Shown: positions 16,611-24,341, numbered from the stretch's first letter. The stretch is DNA of 30,000 bases from Telmatospirillum sp. (GCF_031291415.1 NZ_JARLJB010000228.1:45165-75164); one strand, 5' to 3'. The notes: generated by a model not told the origin, from the sequence alone. A program made the numbers and translations.

Positions 16611-18248
16611 ATGGAACGGGAATCGATGGAATTCGACGTGGTGATTGTCGGTGGGGGACCGTCCGGTCTTTCCGCGGCGATCCGTTTGCGTCAATTGGCG
16701 GCGGCGAGCGGTCGTGAATTGTCCGTCTGCGTCGTCGAGAAGGGAGCCGAATTGGGGGCGCACATTCTGTCGGGCGCGGTCATGGAACCGCGTGCTCTCG
16801 ACGAATTGCTTCCCGATTGGCAGGCCAAGGGAGCACCGCTTACGGTGGCCTGTGCCGACGACAATTTCATTTTTCTAACAGAGCGTCGGGCCGTCGGGCT
16901 GATGGCGCCGCCGCAAATGAACAACCACGGGAACTATATCGTCAGTCTCGGCAACGTTGTCCGGTGGCTCGGCGTTCAGGCCGAGGAAGCGGGCGTCGAG
17001 GTGTTTCCTGGCTTTGCCGCAGCGGAAGTCCTTTATGATCCGTCTGGCGCCGTACGTGGCGTGGCGACCGGCGATATGGGAATCGGCAAGGACGGCAAGC
17101 CGACGGAAAATCACACGCCTGGTGTCGAGCTTCTGGCGAAGCAGACGATCTTCGCCGAAGGGGTGCGGGGCTCTCTGACCAAGAGCCTCATCTCGCGGCT
17201 TCATCTCGACAAGGACTGCAATCCGCAAACCTACGGCATCGGCATCAAGGAACTGTGGGAAGTTGATCCATCGCAACATCGGCCGGGACGGATCGAGCAC
17301 ACGGTCGGATGGCCACTGGACCGGGAAACCTATGGCGGATCATTCCTGTACCATTTGGACAACAATCAGGTGGCCGTCGGCTATGTCGTCGGACTTGACT
17401 ACAAAAATCCCTATCTTTCGCCTTTCGAGGAATTCCAGCGGTTCAAGACGCACCCTGCAGTCCGTCGCATTTTCGAAAGTGGCCGCCGTCTGTCCTATGG
17501 GGCGCGGGCCCTGGCCGAGGGCGGATTCCAGTCCATTCCCCGCCTGACGTTCCCCGGTGGCCTGCTGGTCGGCGACACGGCTGGTTTTCTCAATGTTCCC
17601 AAAATCAAAGGCATCCATACCGCCATGAAGAGCGGCATGGTGGCTGCCGAGGCGATCTTTGCGGCGCTCGAAAAACCAGCATCCGGCGCACTGGAGGTCA
17701 CCGCCTATCCGGCGATGCTGAAAGCCTCCTGGGTCTGGAAAGAGCTTTATCTGTCGCGCAATATCCGCCCCTCATTTCATTGGGGTCTGTGGGGCGGCAT
17801 CCTTTATTCCGCTCTCGACACCTACCTTTTCCGTGGGCGCGCGCCCTGGACCCTGAAGGTCCACAGCGACCACGACCAGTTGCGCGATGCGCGCGACAGT
17901 GTGCCGATTGCCTATCCCAAGCCAGACAACACCTTGACATTCGACCGGCTGTCGTCGGTCTTTCTGTCCGGCGCCGTGCATGAGGAAAACCAACCCTGCC
18001 ACTTGCAGCTCAAAGATCCGAGCATCGCGTTGACCGTCAATCTGGCCCGCTACGATTCCCCCGAGCAGCGCTACTGCCCGGCGGCAGTCTACGAAATCGT
18101 CACCGAGGCGGGCGACAATTCGTCGCATCTGCACATCAGTGCGTCGAACTGCCTGCACTGTAAGTCCTGCGACATCAAGGATCCGACCCAAAATATCAAT
18201 TGGGTGGTACCGGAAGGCGGCGGGGGGCCGAACTACCCGAACATGTAG
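16611..18248 (+). CDS. Electron transfer flavoprotein-ubiquinone oxidoreductase (ETF-QO)
   Basis: The FAD motif FDVVIVGGGPSGLSAAIRL is present. The C-terminal 4Fe-4S region reads CPAAVYE...CLHCKSCDIKDP, and the tail is WVVPEGGGGPNY. I place the start at the ATG at 16611, which gives a typical 545 aa. Confidence 0.92.
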   Translation: MERESMEFDVVIVGGGPSGLSAAIRLRQLAAASGRELSVCVVEKGAELGAHILSGAVMEPRALDELLPDWQAKGAPLTVACADDNFIFLTERRAVGLMAPPQMNNHGNYIVSLGNVVRWLGVQAEEAGVEVFPGFAAAEVLYDPSGAVRGVATGDMGIGKDGKPTENHTPGVELLAKQTIFAEGVRGSLTKSLISRLHLDKDCNPQTYGIGIKELWEVDPSQHRPGRIEHTVGWPLDRETYGGSFLYHLDNNQVAVGYVVGLDYKNPYLSPFEEFQRFKTHPAVRRIFESGRRLSYGARALAEGGFQSIPRLTFPGGLLVGDTAGFLNVPKIKGIHTAMKSGMVAAEAIFAALEKPASGALEVTAYPAMLKASWVWKELYLSRNIRPSFHWGLWGGILYSALDTYLFRGRAPWTLKVHSDHDQLRDARDSVPIAYPKPDNTLTFDRLSSVFLSGAVHEENQPCHLQLKDPSIALTVNLARYDSPEQRYCPAAVYEIVTEAGDNSSHLHISASNCLHCKSCDIKDPTQNINWVVPEGGGGPNYPNM

Positions 18249-18266
18249 TCGGGGAGATGCGTACCC

Positions 18267-18311
18267 TTGACTCAAAAAGTGGAATATGATTCCATAATGG
18301 AATTGTGGAAT
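18267..18311 (+). promoter_or_regulatory. Promoter-operator module E: (C)TTGACT, 7 nt, then dyad TGGAATATGATTCCA, plus two further TGGAAT repeats
   Basis: TTGACT is at 18267-18272 and the perfect dyad at 18280-18294. Extra TGGAAT hexamers lie at 18298-18303 and 18306-18311. The module is 86 nt upstream of etfB. Confidence 0.5.
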
Positions 18312-18381
18312 AGGCCTAGCGCAGGGATGCCGGTCGCGTCTTGGGCGGGGCGTTATGTTTTTGTATGATTCTGGAGGCTCT

Positions 18382-19131
18382 ATGAAAGCCCTCGTCGCTG
18401 TTAAAAGGGTAGTCGATTACAACGCTACGATCCTGGTGAAGGCCGATGGATCTGGTATCGACACCAATAATTTAAAGTTCTCGATCAATCCGTTCGACGA
18501 AGTCGCCGTCGAGGAGGCCGTGCGGCTCAAGGAAGCCGGGATGGTTTCCGAAATTGTCGTGGTGTCGATTGGCCCGGCGCAGGCGCAGGACACGTTGCGC
18601 AATGCCCTGGCGATGGGGGGCGACCGCGCCATTTTGGTAACGGTCGACGGTGACGTCGAACCGTTGGCCGTGGCCAAGCTCTTACGTGCCGTTGTCGAAA
18701 GCGAAAAGCCCGACCTTGTCATTCTGGGCAAGCAGGCCATTGACGGCGACTGTAATCAAACCGGCCAGATGCTGGCGGCGCTGCTCGGCTGGCCGCAGGG
18801 GACCTTTGCTTCGGCATTGGCGTTCAAGGATGGCGAGCTCAATGTCATCCGCGAGATCGACAGCGGCAACGAGACCGTATCGTTGCAGTTGCCGGCGGTG
18901 ATTACCGCGGATCTGCGACTGAACACGCCACGCTACGTCAGCCTTCCAAATATCATGAAGGCCAAGAAGAAGCCGCTCGCGACCACGACGCCGGCGACGC
19001 TCGGTGTCGACGTCGCTGCCCGGCAGCGGGTTTTGAAGGTGGAGCCGCCGGCCAAGCGAAAGGCCGGCATCAAAGTTGGGTCGGTGGCGGAGTTGGTCGC
19101 CAAGTTGAAGAACGAAGCGAAGGTGATCTGA
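18382..19131 (+). CDS. etfB: Electron transfer flavoprotein beta subunit
   Basis: 249 aa. The N-terminus [13 protein letters not shown] and the segments [17 protein letters not shown] and [20 protein letters not shown] are classic EtfB. A GGAGG RBS is present. Confidence 0.93.
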   Translation: MKALVAVKRVVDYNATILVKADGSGIDTNNLKFSINPFDEVAVEEAVRLKEAGMVSEIVVVSIGPAQAQDTLRNALAMGGDRAILVTVDGDVEPLAVAKLLRAVVESEKPDLVILGKQAIDGDCNQTGQMLAALLGWPQGTFASALAFKDGELNVIREIDSGNETVSLQLPAVITADLRLNTPRYVSLPNIMKAKKKPLATTTPATLGVDVAARQRVLKVEPPAKRKAGIKVGSVAELVAKLKNEAKVI

Positions 19132-19132
19132 G

Positions 19133-20086
19133 ATGGCTCATGTTCTTGTCATTGCCGAGCACGACGGCGCCGGCCTTCAGGCGGCAAGTCTTTGCACGAT
19201 TTCCGCGTCTTTTCAGCTCGCCAAGGCGCAAGGGGGCGAGGTTCATGTTCTGGTCGCCGGCGGGTCGGCACGTCAGGCTGCCGAGGCTGCCGCCAAGATC
19301 GATGGCGTCGCCAAGGTGCTGCTGGCCGAAGGCGACAGCTACGCCCATGGCTTGGCCGAGCCTTTGGCGGCCCTGGTCGCCGAGATCGGGGGCGGCTATG
19401 GTGCGATCCTCAGTCCGGCGACATCCTTCGGAAAGAACCTGTCGCCCCGTATTGCCGCCTTGCTCGATGTTGGACAGCTTTCCGACATCATTGGAATCGT
19501 ATCGGCAGACACTTTCATTCGGCCGATCTATGCCGGAAATGCCGTGGCAACGGTGCAGTCGTCCGATTGTGTAAAAATGGTGACCGTCCGCGCGACGGCT
19601 TTCGAGCCGGCAAAAGCCGACGGCGGGCATGCCGTCATCGAAGCGGTATCGGCTGCTGTCCCGGATGCGAGATCCCGGTTCATCGACCAACAGCTGTCGA
19701 AGAGCCTGCGTCCGGAACTGACGGCTGCGCGCGTCGTCGTCGCCGGCGGCCGGGGGATCGGCTCGGCGGAAAATTTCAAGACTCTGATCGAGGCCTTGGC
19801 CGACAAATTGGGTGCAGCGGTGGGGGCAACCCGTGCCGCCGTCGATGCCGGATTCACTGCAAACGAACTGCAGATCGGTCAGACTGGCAAGATCATCGCT
19901 CCAGAGCTCTATATCGCGGCCGGCGTTTCCGGAGCCATTCAACATGTTGCCGGTATCAAGGACAGCAAGGTCATCGTCGCCATCAATAAAGATGAGGAGG
20001 CGTTGATCTTTCAGGTTGCCGACTATGGTCTCGTTGCTGACATAAATCAGGCACTACCAGAACTATGTGCCGAACTATCGAAGTAA
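19133..20086 (+). CDS. etfA: Electron transfer flavoprotein alpha subunit
   Basis: 317 aa. The FAD-binding C-terminal segment GQTGKIIAPELYIAAGVSGAIQHVAGIKDSKVIVAINKD is present. The gene starts 1 nt after the etfB stop. Confidence 0.93.
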   Translation: MAHVLVIAEHDGAGLQAASLCTISASFQLAKAQGGEVHVLVAGGSARQAAEAAAKIDGVAKVLLAEGDSYAHGLAEPLAALVAEIGGGYGAILSPATSFGKNLSPRIAALLDVGQLSDIIGIVSADTFIRPIYAGNAVATVQSSDCVKMVTVRATAFEPAKADGGHAVIEAVSAAVPDARSRFIDQQLSKSLRPELTAARVVVAGGRGIGSAENFKTLIEALADKLGAAVGATRAAVDAGFTANELQIGQTGKIIAPELYIAAGVSGAIQHVAGIKDSKVIVAINKDEEALIFQVADYGLVADINQALPELCAELSK

Positions 20087-20145
20087 TAGTCTATTAATAA
20101 CAGTAATATATATTTATGTAGTCATAATGTTCCTCCCTTACTTAA

Positions 20146-20207
20146 CCTTGCGCTTGTCGTAATCACATCTAGTGTCAATTGTTCTGATGTGGTGCGCAAG
20201 CGCAAGG
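20146..20207 (+). terminator. Compound stem-loop followed by a T-rich run, downstream of etfA
   Basis: The outer 11 bp stem pairs CCTTGCGCTTG (20146-20156) with CAAGCGCAAGG (20197-20207). It encloses an inner CACATC/GATGTG stem and is followed by ...TTTGTTTCCCCTAGTTTTTTG. Confidence 0.4.
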
Positions 20208-20355
20208 ACTTTGTTTCCCCTAGTTTTTTGTGAAAGCGACACCTATGTTGGCCGGCTTTTCCGGCGGCATTTTCTTGTCGTGAAGTTCCGGATCCGGCGC
20301 CAAGAACCGCAATAAATACTAATTCGGGAGATGAGAAGACGTGGAGGGAAAAGCT

Positions 20356-21714
20356 ATGTCGCAATGCACGTTATTTGCAAAACAGAATGATATTTCCTAT
20401 CGGGAAAGTGAAGATTTAAGAACAAAGGCCAGATTCGTTATCCTTATTCTTGTTTCATCCGGTGTTCTCACCAATTACCTGGATCGAGCCGTCGTTGGAA
20501 TTGCCGTGCCGGCGATGCGTAGCGAACTGAATCTCGATCCGGCCTTGATGGGCGTCATCTTTTCGGCTTTTTCCTGGACGTATTTTCTTGGCTGCATCCC
20601 TTCGGGTGTGATTCTCGATCGCTTTGGCACCCGGACGATCTTCTTCATCGCCCAAATCGGTTGGTCGGTCGTCACCGTCCTTCATGCGATAGCAACGTCC
20701 TTTGGATTTTTTGTCGGTGCGCGGTGTCTTCTTGGTATTGCCGAGGCACCAGCGATCCCCTCCTGCAACAGTGCCGTCGCGTCATGGTTTCCGCGTAGCG
20801 AAAGGGCGAGAGCGATCGGTGTCTATACGGCGGCGGAATATGTCGGACTAAGTTTTCTCAGCCCATTTCTATTTTTGATTGCCAGTGAATTCGGCTGGCG
20901 CGCGCTTTTCCTGGTGGCGGGCGGTGCCGGACTTCTTTCGGCTTGCGCATGGTACATAATTTATCGTGAGCCATTTGATACCCACCACGCCAACAAGGCT
21001 GAGCTGGACTATATTCAGGCCGGTGGCGGGGCGGCTCGCAAGACAGTGCAGGGGAGCGCGTTCGAGTTCGGCTCCATTCGTCTATTGTTCCGTCATCGGC
21101 AAATGTGGGGATTGTGCCTGGGGCAGTTCGCGGTCAACTCAACCCTCGTTTTCTTTCTCACCTGGTTCCCGACCTATTTGGCGACCGAACGCCATATGGG
21201 ATGGGTGAAGGTCGGCGTTTTCGCCGCCTTACCTTATGTCTTTGGCTTCTTCGGGATCTTGTTTGCCGGGTCGCTATCCGATTGGATGCTGAAAAGGGGC
21301 GTGTCGTTGAATTTTGCGCGCAAGGCGCCGGTTATCTGCGGCCTTGTCGGCGCCTCTTCGATCGTCTTGGCCAACTGGATTGAGAACGACCACCTTGTTA
21401 TCGCCATCCTGTCGCTATCGTTTTTCGCTCAGGCGATGTCGTCGTCCGGTTGGGCTGTGCTTCCGGAAATTGCGCCGCGCGGCATGCTCGGATTGGTTGG
21501 TGGCCTTTTCAACGCGTCGGCCAATCTTGCCGGCATTATTATTCCACTGGCCATTGGTTTCATCGTGCAGACGACCGGGTCGTTCGTCATGGCCCTTAGC
21601 TTCATCGGCATCGTGGCGATCTTGGGAGCGGTGTCCTGGATCTTCGTGGTGGGCGATATCCATCGACTGGAACTGGATGGCAAAGACACGTCGACCGCTG
21701 CGCGTCAGGTTTGA
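20356..21714 (+). CDS. MFS transporter, anion:cation symporter-like (phthalate/hexuronate/galactonate permease-type)
   Basis: About 452 aa with 12 TM segments. The N-terminal pattern YLDRAVVGIAVPAMRSELNLDPALMGVIFSAFSWTY is typical of the ACS family. The ATG at 20356 is preceded by GGAGGG. Confidence 0.88.
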   Translation: MSQCTLFAKQNDISYRESEDLRTKARFVILILVSSGVLTNYLDRAVVGIAVPAMRSELNLDPALMGVIFSAFSWTYFLGCIPSGVILDRFGTRTIFFIAQIGWSVVTVLHAIATSFGFFVGARCLLGIAEAPAIPSCNSAVASWFPRSERARAIGVYTAAEYVGLSFLSPFLFLIASEFGWRALFLVAGGAGLLSACAWYIIYREPFDTHHANKAELDYIQAGGGAARKTVQGSAFEFGSIRLLFRHRQMWGLCLGQFAVNSTLVFFLTWFPTYLATERHMGWVKVGVFAALPYVFGFFGILFAGSLSDWMLKRGVSLNFARKAPVICGLVGASSIVLANWIENDHLVIAILSLSFFAQAMSSSGWAVLPEIAPRGMLGLVGGLFNASANLAGIIIPLAIGFIVQTTGSFVMALSFIGIVAILGAVSWIFVVGDIHRLELDGKDTSTAARQV

Positions 21715-21740
21715 CACAAGGTCGCCCCAGCGGTCGCTCC

Positions 21741-21917
21741 TCAGCGGGACTTGTTGTTGATCTGCTCCTTCGTCTCCTCGATCAGCCGCAGAAGTGACGA
21801 CAGAGGAATGTGGTCGCTGGCCAGCAGCGAGCCGAAGATGCCATCTGCCAGCATCTCTGCCAACGGCGGTTCTCCGTGGCAAAACACGGAATCTTCAGCT
21901 TTGTGTCCATGGTTCAT
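21741..21917 (-). CDS. Hypothetical small protein (58 aa); it could also be a gene remnant
   Basis: The ATG at 21917 has GGAG 12 nt upstream and the ORF is convergent with the MFS gene. An AT-rich region lies upstream. No family was recognised. Confidence 0.3.
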   Translation of the reverse strand: MNHGHKAEDSVFCHGEPPLAEMLADGIFGSLLASDHIPLSSLLRLIEETKEQINNKSR

Positions 21918-22443
21918 GGCTGTTGTCAACTCCGACAATGGTGCCGACGAGCTTATTGTTGACTCATCGACCGGACAGATGCATTCGCTACAAGATAAAT
22001 ATCGTATAAATAAGTGAATAACATAGTCGTTGGAAGAACATATAGGACTTATATTGTTAATATGGGGTAAAGGGGGCGACGCGCAAATATGAGGCTCGCG
22101 CCGCGCGTATGGTCATTCAGATGCGAGAAAGCTGTTGTGGACGAAGACGATGACGCTATGATGTCGGCAAAATCTCATTGTATGACAGGAAGCCGGTTCT
22201 TTGTTGCACGTGTTATCTTGGAAAATTGGTCACGCAGGTCGCTGGGCTTGCATCTTACTCCCTTCACGGTTGCCGAAGAATAACCTCAGTCCCTTCCCAC
22301 TGAGGTGATGTTGGCGCTTTCTTCCGTCGAAAGAGCGTGAAGATGAAGCCACTTGTAACGAAACCGGCAAACCTTTGAAATATTCCGGAAACAGACCGAA
22401 TGCATTCTGGTCTGGTCGTTTTGCACCGGGGGTGGCAGATGCC

Positions 22444-22680
22444 ATGCCTCCGGGTCCACCTTTTGCGATCTGTGTCGATGGCGCGGTCGCTTTTTTGAAA
22501 GATGTCGGCTTGGTGCTTGAAAGAGGACGTCGCATGACCAATTGGTTTTGCTCTCAACGGAATTCCGAACAGGGGCAAATCGATCACGACTATCAGGTGA
22601 TCGGCCTTTTGGGCGGGACGCTTGCCGCCTTTGGAATCATCGTCTTGGTTTTTGCCGCGGCGTCGTTTGCCGCGCAATGA
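22444..22680 (+). CDS. Hypothetical small protein with a C-terminal transmembrane helix
   Basis: 78 aa if started at the ATG at 22444. The C-terminus VIGLLGGTLAAFGIIVLVFAAASFAA is a clear hydrophobic helix. No family was recognised and coding status is uncertain. Confidence 0.25.
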   Translation: MPPGPPFAICVDGAVAFLKDVGLVLERGRRMTNWFCSQRNSEQGQIDHDYQVIGLLGGTLAAFGIIVLVFAAASFAAQ

Positions 22681-22784
22681 CGGATCACACTCCAGCTTGT
22701 TTATTTAGCCCCCCGGCCGCAGCCAAGCATGCGGATGCGGCGGAATCCCAAGCGGACGGATGTCCGCCGCCCGGCGTTTGAGGG

Positions 22785-22810
22785 GCCGAAAATGTGTCAG
22801 CATTTTCGGC
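22785..22810 (-). terminator. Hairpin terminator of the repressor-thioredoxin operon
   Basis: Perfect 10 bp stem: GCCGAAAATG (22785-22794) pairs with CATTTTCGGC (22801-22810). It lies 9 nt beyond the thioredoxin stop codon. Confidence 0.5.
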
Positions 22811-22818
22811 ACTTGGTA

Positions 22819-23346
22819 TTAACGTTCTTTTTTTGCCGGAGCCCAGCGGGCCAGCCAATCGACGATGGCTTGCGGCGTCATGGTGCGGGCATCGCCCAGC
22901 GCCGTCAATTCGGTCGGATTGAGAAGTGCGCCATTGTCGGAAAGAATGAGCGTCGTCGGGACGCCGTCCAGCTTGGCAATGCCGAAACGGGCGGGAATAT
23001 CCATGTTTTTGTCAAAGCGACCGACATTCACCGCGACCGTCTCGAAATTCCGGCTGACGAATGCCTTGGCCTTGGGAATCGCCAGGCTGGCCGCCAGCAC
23101 GCGGCAATCCGGGCACCAGTTGCCACCTAAAACGATCAGTACCCGTTTCCCGCCATCATGAGCCCGCTGCAAGGCCGCGTCGATGTCATGACTGGCGTCG
23201 GCCCGCTCGTCATAAGGTTTTGCCGGTGGTTGAGTTACTGTGGCATTCCTGAGATCGGGCGGCTCCACCGTCGCCAGTGCCAAATCGGAAAACCACAAAA
23301 ACGCCAGAACCGCTGCCAGCGACGCGGACGCCTTCACGGAAACCAC
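22819..23346 (-). CDS. Secreted thioredoxin-fold protein with a CPDC active site
   Basis: It has a signal peptide (...AAVLAFLWFSDLALA). The segment VLIVLGGNWCPDCRVLA gives a CxxC motif in thioredoxin context. The GTG start overlaps the repressor stop by 13 nt. Confidence 0.8.
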   Translation of the reverse strand: MVSVKASASLAAVLAFLWFSDLALATVEPPDLRNATVTQPPAKPYDERADASHDIDAALQRAHDGGKRVLIVLGGNWCPDCRVLAASLAIPKAKAFVSRNFETVAVNVGRFDKNMDIPARFGIAKLDGVPTTLILSDNGALLNPTELTALGDARTMTPQAIVDWLARWAPAKKER

Positions 23347-23957
23347 ATGCCGACGATGCGCGCCGTATGGGTAACGGCCGGATCATTGAGGTCGAGGGGC
23401 GGCATGTTGGCTCCAGTGATCGCTACCAATGCGTTGGACCGTCGCTCGACGGAAGCTAATGTCGGCGGTTCACTGCCATAGCTGATGACCGCGAGGTCTC
23501 CCGCTCTCGGAGGCAGTATGGGGTGCACATAGAGCAGCGCCCCGACCGGCACCCGAGGTTCCATGCTGGTGTCTGGCATGTAAAAGGCAAATGCGCCGGG
23601 AACATTGGCGATCTGCGGCGGCGCTTCGCCGTTGACGCTTGATTGATCCGTGACGATCGTGATGGTGCCGTTCTGGCGACGTGCCGAGACAATCGTCAAG
23701 CTGGCGGCTGTCGGCCGGGTGACGGCGCTGTCGCCGATCAGCTCGCGAACGGCGTCTTTGTCCATCAGGTCTTCCGGCGCGACCTTCAGCGCCTTGGCCA
23801 AAACCACCAGATGGTCGGCGCGAACCCGCCGGCTCCCACTTTCAAGTTTGCTGATTTCTGATCGACTGAGGCCGACGATCTCCCCCAATTCGGCCAGCGA
23901 CATGCGTCGGCGGTTACGCCATTCGCGAATTCGGTTTGCCATGTCAATTGAGCTCAT
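23334..23957 (-). CDS. XRE-family HTH repressor with a C-terminal S24 (LexA/CI-like) domain
   Basis: The HTH reads MSLAELGEIVGLSRSEISKLESGSRRV. The S24 core YMPDTSMEPRVPVGALLYVH...GDLAVISY aligns to the LexA GMSMKD...GDLLAVH region. I place the start at the ATG at 23957; the track ORF runs to 24347. Confidence 0.85.
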   Translation of the reverse strand: MSSIDMANRIREWRNRRRMSLAELGEIVGLSRSEISKLESGSRRVRADHLVVLAKALKVAPEDLMDKDAVRELIGDSAVTRPTAASLTIVSARRQNGTITIVTDQSSVNGEAPPQIANVPGAFAFYMPDTSMEPRVPVGALLYVHPILPPRAGDLAVISYGSEPPTLASVERRSNALVAITGANMPPLDLNDPAVTHTARIVGMWFP

Positions 23958-23982
23958 ATCGCGATCAGCCAGTCGGTTGCGG

Positions 23983-24011
23983 ATATCAAGACGAGAAGTG
24001 GGTGTTGTCAA
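23983..24011 (-). promoter_or_regulatory. Candidate repressor promoter
   Basis: On the minus strand there is TTGACA (24011-24006), a 17 nt spacer, then TGATAT (23988-23983). This would give a very short leader before the ATG at 23957. Confidence 0.35.
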
Positions 24012-24241
24012 CGGACATATCCAGGCTTCGTCAAAGCCACTCCGTCCAAAATGACGAATGAGAATTCCCTCTTTTTCGACCAGCGTCAAGCAAGCACCTG
24101 TGTTTGAACTTTGCGAAATGTTTCTATTATGGATACACAAAAGTGCACATCTGTTGTTGTTCGGATGCAGCCCCTGTTTCCTGATTAACGTTTCATAAGC
24201 AATTTTCTCAGCAATTAGAGCGATGTTAGGTCGAAAGTTAT

Positions 24242-24254
24242 ATCCAGACTGGAT
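24242..24254. promoter_or_regulatory. Palindrome ATCCAGACTGGAT, a candidate repressor operator
   Basis: Perfect 6-1-6 dyad. The octamer ATATCCAG (24240-24247) recurs at 24017-24024, next to the candidate repressor promoter. Confidence 0.35.
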
Positions 24255-24284
24255 TGTCGGGCGGGACGCGGAAAATGCAAAATG

Positions 24285-24313
24285 TTGACGAAGAGATCCA
24301 AAATGGATACAAC
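24285..24313 (+). promoter_or_regulatory. Candidate T4SS operon promoter
   Basis: TTGACG (24285-24290), a 17 nt spacer, then TACAAC (24308-24313). It lies about 30 nt upstream of the virB2 ATG. Confidence 0.35.
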
Positions 24314-24341
24314 CGTGATTGTCAGGGAAAAGGAGCATGGC

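Noticed and set aside
19140-19989. Alternative-frame ORFs (144 aa, 265 aa and the 291 aa minus-strand ORF) within etfA
   Set aside because: The EtfA frame carries the conserved FAD-binding motifs. The others are Arg/Pro-rich frame shadows.
20288-20297. Perfect 10 bp palindrome CCGGATCCGG upstream of the second MFS gene
   Set aside because: It is short and GC-rich, so it is expected by chance in this composition. There is no second copy or promoter context.
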